A DNA stretch of 64,000 nucleotides from Auanema rhodensis. Taxonomy: Eukaryota > Animalia > Nematoda. The first letter of the stretch is position 1. Every line of letters begins with the position of its first letter. Below are positions 1 to 11,966 of this stretch, one piece after another. The stretch is from positions 18,538,001 through 18,602,000 of the forward strand of contig OZ059900.1 of the NCBI GenBank assembly GCA_964057225.1, read 5' to 3'. Position numbers and translations under genes: made by a program. The notes beneath the pieces were generated by a model. The model saw only the letters and a program-made list of their open reading frames with translations, had not been told where the DNA came from and searched no databases.

Positions 1-238
1 AAATGAAGCATTTTACATGCTGAACACTAGAAAAATACAAAAACACAGTATTTCCCATGAGAAATATTTTATTATGCTGGAAAACCAGTTTTTGGAAATT
101 TCGCTGTAAACAAGGTTTTGACTTACGATTTCATGTGTTCAAACTCATGCAATGTCAATGAAACCTAGCTCAAAATTGTTCGTACAACGTCTAGTTCCAC
201 TTTCACGACAAAAAAACAGGGGTTAGAAAATTAAGGAA

Positions 239-275
239 ATTAGCATATTCTGAGGGCACGCCCCTTATGGCTAAT
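239..275. other. Imperfect inverted repeat around the GC-rich core (recurs in every unit)
   Basis: attagcata ... aggg-cacgc-ccct ... tatggctaat: attagc/gctaat, cata/tatg and aggg/ccct are reverse complements. Confidence 0.7.
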
Positions 276-323
276 ATTGATTAAATCGATTTTTGTTAAT
301 ATGAGTCGTCAAATGCAACGAAT

Positions 324-366
324 TTCAGCGTGTTACATACTAAAATGAAGCATTTTACATGCTGAA
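324..366. other. Imperfect inverted repeat spanning the monomer junction (recurs at every junction)
   Basis: ttcagcgtg (324-332) pairs with catgctgaa (358-366) with one G-T. Inner taaaatg (341-347) pairs with catttta (351-357) around the loop aag. 8-nt bulge. Confidence 0.75.
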
Positions 367-3300
367 CACTAGAAAAATACAAAAACACAGTATTTCCCAT
401 GAGAAATATTTTATTATGCTGGAAAACCAGTTTTTGGAAATTTCGCTGTAAACAAGGTTTTGACTTACGATTTCATGTGTTCAAACTCATGCAATGTCAA
501 TGAAACCTAGCTCAAAATTGTTCGTACAACGTCTAGTTCCACTTTCACGACAAAAAAACAGGGGTTAGAAAATTAAGAAAATTAGCATATTCTGAGGGCA
601 CGCCCCATATGGCTAATATTGATTAAATCGATTTTTGTTCATATGAGTCGTCAAATGCAACGAATTTCAGCGTGTTACATACTAAAATGAAGCATTTTAC
701 ATGCTGAACACTAGAAAAATACAAAAACACAGTATTTCCCATGAGAAATATTTTATTATGCTGGAAAACCAGTTTTTGGAAATTTCGCTGTAAACAAGGT
801 TTTGACTTACGATTTCATGTGTTCAAACTCATGCAATGTCAATGAAACCTAGCTCAAAATTGTTCGTACAACGTCTAGTTCCACTTTCACGACAAAAAAA
901 CAGGGGTTAGAAAATTAAGGAAATTAGCATATTCTGAGGGCACGCCCCTTATGGCTAATATTGATTAAATCGATTTTTGTTCATATGAGTCGTCAAATGC
1001 AACGAATTTCAGCGTGTTACATACTAAAATGAAGCATTTTACATGCTGAACACTAGAAAAATACAAAAACACAATATTTCACATGAGAAATATTTTATTA
1101 TGCTGGAAAACCAGTTTTTGGAAATTTCGCTGTAAACAAGGTTTTGACTTACGATTTCATGTGTTCAAACTCATGCAATGTCAATGAAACCTAGCTCAAA
1201 ATTGTTCGTACAACGTCTAGTTCCACTTTCACGACAAAAAAACAAGGGTTAGAAAATTAAGGAAATTAGCATATTCTGAGGGCACGCCCCTTATGGCTAA
1301 TATTGATTAAATCGATTTTTGTTCATATGAGTCGTCAAATGCAACGAATTTCAGCGTGTTACATACTAAAATGAAGCATTTTACATGCTGAACACTAGAA
1401 AAATACAAAAACACAGTATTTCCCATGAGAAATATTTTATTATGCTGGAAAACCAGTTTTTGGAAATTTCGCTGTAAACAAGGTTTTGACTTACGATTTC
1501 ATGTGTTCAAACTCATGCAATGTCAATGAAACCTAGCTCAAAATTGTTCGTACAACGTCTAGTTCCACTTTCACGACAAAAAAACAGGGGTTAGAAAATT
1601 AAGGAAATTAGCATATTCTGAGGGCACGCCCCTTATGGCTAATATTGATTAAATCGATTTTTGTTCATATGAGTCGTCAAATGCAACGAATTTCAGCGTG
1701 TTACATACTAAAATGAAGCATTTTACATGCTGAACACTAGAAAAATACAAAAACACAGTATTTCCCATGAGAAATATTTTATTATGCTGGAAAACCAGTT
1801 TTTGGAAATTTCGCTGTAAACAAGGTTTTGACTTACGATTTCATGTGTTCAAACTCATGCAATGTCAATGAAACCTAGCTCAAAATTGTTCGTAAAACGT
1901 CTAGTTCCACTTTCACGACAAAAAAACAGGGGTTAGAAAACTAAGGAAATTAGCATATTCTGAGGGCACGCCCCTTATGGCTAATATTGATTAAATCGAT
2001 TTTTGTTCATATGAGTCGTCAAATGCAACGAATTTCAGCGTGTTACAGACTAAAATGAAGCATTTTACATGCTGAACACTAGAAAAATACAAAAACACAG
2101 TATTTCCCATGAGAAATATTTTATTATGCTGGAAAACCAGTTTTTGGAAATTTCGCTGTAAACAAGGTTTTGACTTACGATTTCATGTGTTCAAACTCAT
2201 GCAATGTCAATGAAACCTAGCTCAAAATTGTTCGTACAACGTCTAGTTCCACTTTCACGACAAAAAAACAGGGGTTAGAAAATTAAGGAAATTAGCATAT
2301 TCTGAGGGTACGCCCCTTATGGCTAATATTGATTAAATCGATTTTTGTTCATATGAGTCGTCAAATGCAACGAATTTCAGCGTGTTACATACTAAAATGA
2401 AGCATTTTACATGCTGAACACTAGAAAAATACAAAAACACAGTATTTCCCATGAGAAATATTTTATTATGCTGGAAAACCAGTTTTTGGAAATTTCGCTG
2501 TAAACAAGGTTTTGACTTACGATTTCATGTGTTCAAACTCATGCAATGTCAATGAAACCTAGCTCAAAATTGTTCGTACAACGTCTAGTTCCACTTTCAC
2601 GACAAAAAAACAGGGGTTAGAAAATTAAGGAAATTAGCATATTCTGAGGGCACGCCCCTTATGGCTAATATTGATAAAATCGATTTTTGTTCATATGAGT
2701 CGTCAAATGCAACGAATTTCAGCGTGTTACATACAAAAATGAAGCATTTTACATGCTGAACACTAGAAAAATACAAAAACACAGTATTTCCCATGAGAAA
2801 TATTTTATTATGCTGGAAAACCAGTTTTTGGAAATTTCGCTGTAAACAAGGTTTTGACTTACGATTTCATGTGTTCAAACTCATGCAATGTCAATGAAAC
2901 CTAGCTCAAAATTGTTCGTACAACGTCTAGTTCCACTTTCACGACAAAAAAACAAGGGTTAGAAAATTAAGGAAATTAGCATATTCTGAGGGCACGCCCC
3001 TTATGGCTAATATTGATTAAATCGATTTTTGTTCATATGAGTCGTCAAATGCAAGGAATTTCAGCGTGTTACATACTAAAATAAAGCATTTTACATGCTG
3101 AACACTAGAAAAATACAAAAACACAGTATTTCCCATGAGAAATATTTTATTATGCTGGAAAACCAGTTTTTGGAAATTTCGCTGTAAACAAGGTTTTGAC
3201 TTACGATTTCATGTGTTCAAACTCATGCAATGTCAATGAAACCTAGCTCAAAATTGTTCGTACAACGTCTAGTTCCACTTTCACGACAAAAAAACAAGGG

Positions 3301-3420
3301 TTAGAAAATTAAGGAAATTAGCATATTCTGAGGGTACGCCCCTTATGGCTAATATTGATTAAATCGATTTTTGTTCATATGAGTCGTCAAATGCAACGAA
3401 TTTCAGCGTGTTACATACTA

Positions 3421-3762
3421 AAATGAAGCATTTTACATGCTGAACACTAGAAAAATACAAAAACACAGTATTTCCCATGAGAAATATTTTATTATGCTGG
3501 AAAACCAGTTTTTGGAAATTTCGCTGTAAACAAGGTTTTGACTTACGATTTCATGTGTTCAAACTCATGCAATGTCAATGAAACCTAGCTCAAAATTGTT
3601 CGTACAACGTCTAGTTCCACTTTCACGACAAAAAAACAGGGGTTAGAAAATTAAGGAAATTAGCATATTCTGAGGGCACGCCCCTTATGGCTAATATTGA
3701 TTAAATCGATTTTTGTTCATATGAGTCGTCAAATGCAACGAATTTCAGCGTGTTACATACTA
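3421..3762 (+). repeat. Representative consensus monomer (M11), 342 bp, about 34% GC
   Basis: Matches the majority base at every position I compared. Hand count gives 59 C + 57 G of 342 and 10 CpGs. Single ClaI (atcgat) and NdeI (catatg) sites per unit. Confidence 0.93.
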
Positions 3763-6700
3763 AAATGAAGCATTTTACATGCTGAACACTAGAAAAATAC
3801 AAAAACACAGTATTTCCCATGAGAAATATTTTATTATGCTGGAAAACCAGTTTTTGGAAATTTCGCTGTAAACAAGGTTTTGACTTACGATTTCATGTGT
3901 TCAAACTCATGCAATGTCAATGAAACCTAGCTCAAAATTGTTCGTACAACGTCTAGTTCCACTTTCACGACAAAAAAACAAGGGTTAGAAAATTAAGGAA
4001 ATTAGCATATTCTGAGGGCACGCCCCTTATGGCTAATATTGATTAAATCGATTTTTGTTCATATGAGTCGTCAAATGCAACGAATTTCAGCGTGTTACAT
4101 ACTAAAATGAAGCATTTTACATGCTGAACACTAGAAAAATACAAAAACACAGTATTTCCCATGAGAAATATTTTATTATGCTGGAAAACCAGTTTTTGGA
4201 AATTTCGCTGTAAACAAGGTTTTGACTTACGATTTCATGTGTTCAAACTCATGCAATGTCAATGAAACCTAGCTCAAAATTGTTCGTACAACGTCTAGTT
4301 CCACTTTCACGACAGAAAAACAAGGGTTAGAAAATTAAGGAAATTAGCATATTCTGAGGGCACGCCCCTTATGGCTAATATTGATTAAATCGATTTTTGT
4401 TCATATGAGTCGTCAAATGCAACGAATTTCAGCGTGTAACATACTAAAATGAAGCATTTTACATGCTGAACACTAGAAAAATACAAAAACACAGTATTTC
4501 CCATGAGAAATATTTTATTATGCTGGAAAACCAGTTTTTGGAAATTTCGCTGTAAACAAGGTTTTGACTTACGATTTCATGTGTTCAAACTCATGCAATG
4601 TCAATGAAACCTAGCTCAAAATTGTTCGTACAACGTCTAGTTCCACTTTCACGACAAAAAAACAGGGGTTAGAAAATTAAGGAAATTAGCATATTCTGAG
4701 GGCACGCCCCTTATGGCTAATATTGATTAAATCGATTTTTGTTCATATGAGTCGTCAAATGCAACGAATTTCAGCGTGTTACATACTAAAATGAAGCATT
4801 TTACATGCTGAACACTAGAAAAATACAAAAACACAGTATTTCCCATGAGAAATATTTTATTATGCTGGAAAACCAGTTTTTGGAAATTTCGCTGTAAACA
4901 AGGTTTTGACTTACGATTTCATGTGTTCAAACTCATGCAATGTCAATGAAACCTAGCTCAAAATTGTTCGTACAACGTCTAGTTCCACTTTCACGACAAA
5001 AAAACAAGGGTTAGAAAATTAAGGAAATTAGCATATTCTGAGGGCACGCCCCTTATGGCTAATATTGATTAAATCGATTTTTGTTCATATGAGTCGTCAA
5101 ATGCAACGAATTTCAGCGTGTTACATACTAAAATGAAGCATTTTACATGCTGAACACTAGAAAAATACAAAAACACAGTATTTCCCATGAGAAATATTTT
5201 ATTATGCTGGAAAACCAGTTTTTGGAAATTTCGCTGTAAACAAGGTTTTGACTTACGATTTCATGTGTTCAAACTCATGCAATGTCAATGAAACCTAGCT
5301 CAAAATTGTTCGTACAACGTCTAGTTCCACTTTCACGACAAAAAAACAGGGGTTAGAAAACTAAGGAAATTAGCATATTCTGAGGGCACGCCCCTTATGG
5401 CTAATATTGATTAAATCGATTTTTGTTCATATGAGTCGTCAAATGCAACGAATTTCAGCGTGTTACATACTAAATAGAAGCATTTTACATGCTGAACACT
5501 AGAAAAATACAAAAACACAGTATTTCCCATGAGAAATATTTTATTATGCTGGAAAACCAGTTTTTGGAAATTTCGCTGTAAACAAGGTTTTGACTTACGA
5601 TTTCATGTGTTCAAACTCATGCAATGTCAATGAAACCTAGCTCAAAATTGTTCGTACAACGTCTAGTTCCACTTTCACGACAAAAAAACAGGGGTTAGAA
5701 AATTAAGGAAATTAGCATATTCTGAGGGCACGCCCCTTATGGCTAATATTGATTAAATCGATTTTTGTTCATATGAGTCGTCAAATGCAACGAATTTCAG
5801 CGTGTTACATACTAAAATGAAGCATTTTACATGCTGAACACTAGAAAAATACAAAAACACAGTATTTCCCATGAGAAATATTTTATTATGCTGGAAAACC
5901 AGTTTTTGGAAATTTCGCTGTAAACAAGGTTTTGACTTACGATTTCATGTGTTCAAACTCATGCAATGTCAATGAAACCTAGCTCAAAATTGTTCGTACA
6001 ACGTCTAGTTCCACTTTCACGACAAAAAAACAAGGGTTAGAAAATTAAGGAAATTAGCATATTCTGAGGGCACGCCCCTTATGGCTAATATTGATTAAAT
6101 CGATTTTTGTTCATATGAGTCGTCAAATGCAACGAATTTCAGCGTGTTACATACTAAAATGAAGCATTTTACATGCTGAACACTAGAAAAATACAAAAAC
6201 ACAGTATTTCCCATGAGAAATATTTTATTATGCTGGAAAACCAGTTTTTGGAAATTTCGCTGTAAACAAGGTTTTGACTTACGATTTCATGTGTTCAAAC
6301 TCATGCAATGTCAATGAAACCTAGCTCAAAATTGTTCGTACAACGTCTAGTTCCACTTTCACGACAGAAAAACAAGGGTTAGAAAATTAAGGAAATTAGC
6401 ATATTCTGAGGGCACGCCCCTTATGGCTAATATTGATTAAATCGATTTTTGTTCATATGAGTCGTCAAATGCAACGAATTTCAGCGTGTAACATACTAAA
6501 ATGAAGCATTTTACATGCTGAACACTAGAAAAATACAAAAACACAGTATTTCCCATGAGAAATATTTTATTATGCTGGAAAACCAGTTTTTGGAAATTTC
6601 GCTGTAAACAAGATTTTGACTTACGATTTCATGTGTTCAAACTCATGCAATGTCAATGAAACCTAGCTCAAAATTGTTCGTACAACGTCTAGTTCCACTT

Positions 6701-8208
6701 TCACGACAAAAAAACAGGGGTTAGAAAACTAAGGAAATTAGCATATTCTGAGGGCACGCCCCTTATGGCTAATATTGATTAAATCGATTTTTGTTCATAT
6801 GAGTCGTCAAATGCAACGAATTTCAGCGTGTTACATACTAAATAGAAGCATTTTACATGCTGAACACTAGAAAAATACAAAAACACAGTATTTCCCATGA
6901 GAAATATTTTATTATGCTGGAAAACCAGTTTTTGGAAATTTCGCTGTAAACAAGGTTTTGACTTACGATTTCATGTGTTCAAACTCATGCAATGTCAATG
7001 AAACCTAGCTCAAAATTGTTCGTACAACGTCTAGTTCCACTTTCACGACAAAAAAACAAGGGTTAGAAAATTAAGGAAATTAGCATATTCTGAGGGCACG
7101 CCCCTTATGGCTAATATTGATTAAATCGATTTTTGTTCATATGAGTCGTCAAATGCAACGAATTTCAGCGTGTTACATACTAAAATGAAGCATTTTACAT
7201 GCTGAACACTAGAAAAATACAAAAACACAGTATTTCCCATGAGAAATATTTTATTATGCTGGAAAACCAGTTTTTGGAAATTTCGCTGTAAACAAGGTTT
7301 TGACTTACGATTTCATGTGTTCAAACTCATGCAATGTCAATGAAACCTAGCTCAAAATTGTTCGTACAACGTCTAGTTCCACTTTCACGACAAAAAAACA
7401 GGGGTTAGAAAATTAAGGAAATTAGCATATTCTGAGGGCACGCCCCTTATGGCTAATATTGATTAAATCGATTTTTGTTCATATGAGTCGTCAAATGCAA
7501 CGAATTTCAGCGTGTTACATACTAAAATGAAGCATTTTACATGCTGAACACTAGAAAAATACAAAAACACAGTATTTCCCATGAGAAATATTTTATTATG
7601 CTGGAAAACCAGTTTTTGGAAATTTCGCTGTAAACAAGGTTTTGACTTACGATTTCATGTGTTCAAACTCATGCAATGTCAATGAAACCTAGCTCAAAAT
7701 TGTTCGTACAACGTCTAGTTCCACTTTCACGACAAAAAAACAAGGGTTAGAAAATTAAGGAAATTAGCATATTCTGAGGGCACGCCCCTTATGGCTAATA
7801 TTGATTAAATCGATTTTTGTTCATATGAGTCGTCAAATGCAACGAATTTCAGCGTGTTACATACTAAAATGAAGCATTTTACATGCTGAACACTAGAAAA
7901 ATACAAAAACACAGTATTTCCCATGAGAAATATTTTATTATGCTGGAAAACCAGTTTTTGGAAATTTCGCTGTAAACAAGGTTTTGACTTACGATTTCAT
8001 GTGTTCAAACTCATGCAATGTCAATGAAACCTAGCTCAAAATTGTTCGTACAACGTCTAGTTCCACTTTCACGACAAAAAAACAGGGGTTAGAAAATTAA
8101 GGAAATTAGCATATTCTGAGGGCACGCCCCTTATGGCTAATATTGATTAAATCGATTTTTGTTCATATGAGTCGTCAAATGCAACGAATTTCAGCGTGTT
8201 ACATACTA

Positions 8209-10256
8209 AAATGAAGCATTTTACATGCTGAACACTAGAAAAATACAAAAACACAGTATTTCCCATGAGAAATATTTTATTATGCTGGAAAACCAGTTTT
8301 TGGAAATTTCGCTGTAAACAAGGTTTTGACTTACGATTTCATGTGTTCAAACTCATGCAATGTCAATGAAACCTAGCTCAAAATTGTTCGTACAACGTCT
8401 AGTTCCACTTTCACGACAAAAAATAAGGGTTAGAAAATTAAGGAAATTAGCATATTCTGAGGGCACGCCCCTTATGGCTAATATTGATTAAATCGATTTT
8501 TGTTCATATGAGTCGTCAAATGCAACGAATTTCAGCGTGTTACATACTAAAATGAAGCATTTTACATGCTGAACACTAGAAAAATACAAAAACACAGTAT
8601 TTCCCATGAGAAATATTTTATTATGCTGGAAAACCAGTTTTTGGAAATTTCGCTGTAAACAAGGTTTTGACTTACGATTTCATGTGTTCAAACTCATGCA
8701 ATGTCAATGAAACCTAGCTCAAAATTGTTCGTACAACGTCTAGTTCCACTTTCACGACAAAAAACAAGGGTTAGAAAATTAAGGAAATTAGCATATTCTG
8801 AGGGCACGCCCCTTATGGCTAATATTGATTAAATCGATTTTTGTTCATATGAGTCGTCAAATGCAACGAATTTCAGCGTGTTACATACTAAAATGAAGCA
8901 TTTTACATGCTGAACACTAGAAAAATACAAAAACACAGTATTTCCTATGAGAAATATTTTATTATGCTGGAAAACCAGTTTTTGGAAATTTCGCTGTAAA
9001 CAAGGTTTTGACTTACGATTTCATGTGTTCAAACTCATGCAATGTCAATGAAACCTAGCTCAAAATTGTTCGTACAACGTCTAGTTCCACTTTCACGACA
9101 AAAAAACAGGGGTTAGAAAATTAAGGAAATTAGCATATTCTGAGGGCACGCCCCTTATGGCTAATATTGATTAAATCGATTTTTGTTCATATGAGTCGTC
9201 AAATGCAACGAATTTCAGCGTGTTACATACTAAAATGAAGCATTTTACATGCTGAACACTAGAAAAATACAAAAACACAGTATTTCCCATGAGAAATATT
9301 TTATTATGCTGGAAAACCAGTTTTTGGAAATTTCACTGTAAACAAGGTTTTGACTTACGATTTCATGTGTTCAAACTCATGCAATGTCAATGAAACCTAG
9401 CTCAAAATTGTTCGTACAACGTCTAGTTCCACTTTCACGACAAAAAATAAGGGTTAGAAAATTAAGGAAATTAGCATATTCTGAGGGCACGCCCCTTATG
9501 GCTAATATTGATTAAATCGATTTTTGTTCATATGAGTCGTCAAATGCAACGAATTTCAGCGTGTTACATACTAAAATGAAGCATTTTACATGCTGAACAC
9601 TAGAAAAATACAAAAACACAGTATTTCCCATGAGAAATATTTTATTATGCTGGAAAACCAGTTTTTGGAAATTTCGCTGTAAACAAGGTTTTGACTTACG
9701 ATTTCATGTGTTCAAACTCATGCAATGTCAATGAAACCTAGCTCAAAATTGTTCGTACAACGTCTAGTTCCACTTTCACGACAAAAAACAAGGGTTAGAA
9801 AATTAAGGAAATTAGCATATTCTGAGGGCACGCCCCTTATGGCTAATATTGATTAAATCGATTTTTGTTCATATGAGTCGTCAAATGCAACGAATTTCAG
9901 CGTGTTACATACTAAAATGAAGCATTTTACATGCTGAACACTAGAAAAATACAAAAACACAGTATTTCCTATGAGAAATATTTTATTATGCTGGAAAACC
10001 AGTTTTTGGAAATTTCGCTGTAAACAAGGTTTTGACTTACGATTTCATGTGTTCAAACTCATGCAATGTCAATGAAACCTAGCTCAAAATTGTTCGTACA
10101 ACGTCTAGTTCCACTTTCACGACAAAAAAACAGGGGTTAGAAAACTAAGGAAATTAGCATATTCTGAGGGCACGCCCCTTATGGCTAATATTGATTAAAT
10201 CGATTTTTGTTCATATGAGTCGTCAAATGCAACGAATTTCAGCGTGTTACATACTA
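8209..10256 (+). repeat. Tandem duplication of a 3-monomer unit (M25-27 / M28-30), period 1024 bp
   Basis: The ordered pattern [A6-taaggg],[A6-caaggg],[tttcctatg] occurs twice. 1024 = 3x342-2. Confidence 0.85.
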
Positions 10257-11966
10257 AAATGAAGCATCTTACATGCTGAACACTAGAAAAATACAAAAAC
10301 ACAGTATTTCCCATGAGAAATATTTTATTATGCTGGAAAACCAGTTTTTGGAAATTTCGCTGTAAACAAGGTTTTGACTTACGATTTCATGTGTTCAAAC
10401 TCATGTAATGTCAATGAAACCTAGCTCAAAATTGTTCGTACAACGTCTAGTTCCACTTTCACGACAAAAAAACAGGGGTTAGAAAATTAAGGAAATTAGC
10501 ATATTCTGAGGGCACGCCCCTTATGGCTAATATTGATTAAATCGATTTTTGTTCATATGAGTCGTCAAATGCAACGAATTTCAGCGTGTTACATACTAAA
10601 ATGAAGCATTTTACATGCTGAACACTAGAAAAATACAAAAACACAGTATTTCCCATGAGAAATATTTTATTATGCTGGAAAACCAGTTTTTGGAAATTTC
10701 GCTGTAAACAAGGTTTTGACTTACGATTTCATGTGTTCAAACTCATGTAATGTCAATGAAACCTAGCTCAAAATTGTTCGTACAACGTCTAGTTCCACTT
10801 TCACGACAAAAAAACAGGGGTTAGAAAATTAAGGAAATTAGCATATTCTGAGGGCACGCCCCTTATGGCTAATATTGATTAAATCGATTTTTGTTCATAT
10901 GAGTCGTCAAATGCAACGAATTTCAGCGTGTTACATACTAAAATGAAGCATTTTACATGCTAAACACTAGAAAAATACAAAAACACAGTATTTCCCATGA
11001 GAAATATTTTATTATGCTGGAAAACCAGTTTTTGGAAATTTCGCTGTAAACAAGGTTTTGACTTACGATTTCATGTGTTCAAACTCATGCAATGTCAATG
11101 AAACCTAGCTCAAAATTGTTCGTACAACGTCTAGTTCCACTTTCACGACAAAAAAACAGGGGTTAGAAAATTAAGGAAATTAGCATATTCTGAGGGCACG
11201 CCCCTTATGGCTAATATTGATTAAATCGATTTTTGTTCATATGAGTCGTCAAATGCAACGAATTTCAGCGTGTTACATACTAAAATGAAGCATTTTACAT
11301 GCTGAACACTAGAAGAATACAAAAACACAGTATTTCCCATGAGAAATATTTTATTATGCTGGAAAACCAGTTTTTGGAAATTTCGCTGTAAACAAGGTTT
11401 TGACTTACGATTTCATGTGTTCAAACTCATGCAATGTCAATGAAACCTAGCTCAAAACTGTTCGTACAACGTCTAGTTCCACTTTCACGACAAAAAAACA
11501 GGGGTTAGAAAACTAAGGAAATTAGCATATTCTGAGGGCACGCCCCTTATGGCTAATATTGATTAAATCGATTTTTGTTCATATGAGTCGTCAAATGCAA
11601 CGAATTTCAGCGTGTTACATACTAAATAGAAGCATTTCACATGCTGAACACTAGAAAAATACAAAAACACAGTATTTCCCATGAGAAATATTTTATTATG
11701 CTGGAAAACCAGTTTTTGGAAATTTCGCTGTAAACAAGGTTTTGACTTACGATTTCATGTGTTCAAACTCATGCAATGTCAATGAAACCTAGCTCAAAAT
11801 TGTTCGTACAACGTCTAGTTCCACTTTCACGACAAAAAAACAGGGGTTAGAAAATTAAGGAAATTAGCATATTCTGAGGGCACGCCCCTTATGGCTAATA
11901 TTGATTAAATCGATTTTTGTTCATATGAGTCGTCAAATGCAACGAATTCCAGCGTGTTACATACTA

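Noticed and set aside
100-114. CENP-B-box-like motif ttcgctgtaaacaag
   Set aside because: It matches 7 of 9 core positions of TTCGNNNNANNCGGG but lacks the second CpG (CAAG instead of CGGG) needed for binding. The similar ttcgtacaa at 179-187 matches even less.
217-244. Telomere-like gggttag / ttaagg motifs
   Set aside because: Single isolated 6-7-mers, not tandem telomeric repeats; expected by chance.
1-342. Assignment to a known ~340-bp satellite (e.g. dimeric primate alpha satellite, Triticeae Afa family, beetle satellites)
   Set aside because: Only the length is similar. The two 171-bp halves do not align as an alpha-satellite dimer and I recognise no diagnostic sequence. A database search is required.
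2597-2794. 65-aa minus-strand ORF (MGNTVFLYF...)
   Set aside because: It exists only because a private t>a at 2676 removes the TAA that ends the frame after 39 codons in consensus monomers. It has no recognisable domain or gene context, so it is a chance ORF in satellite DNA.
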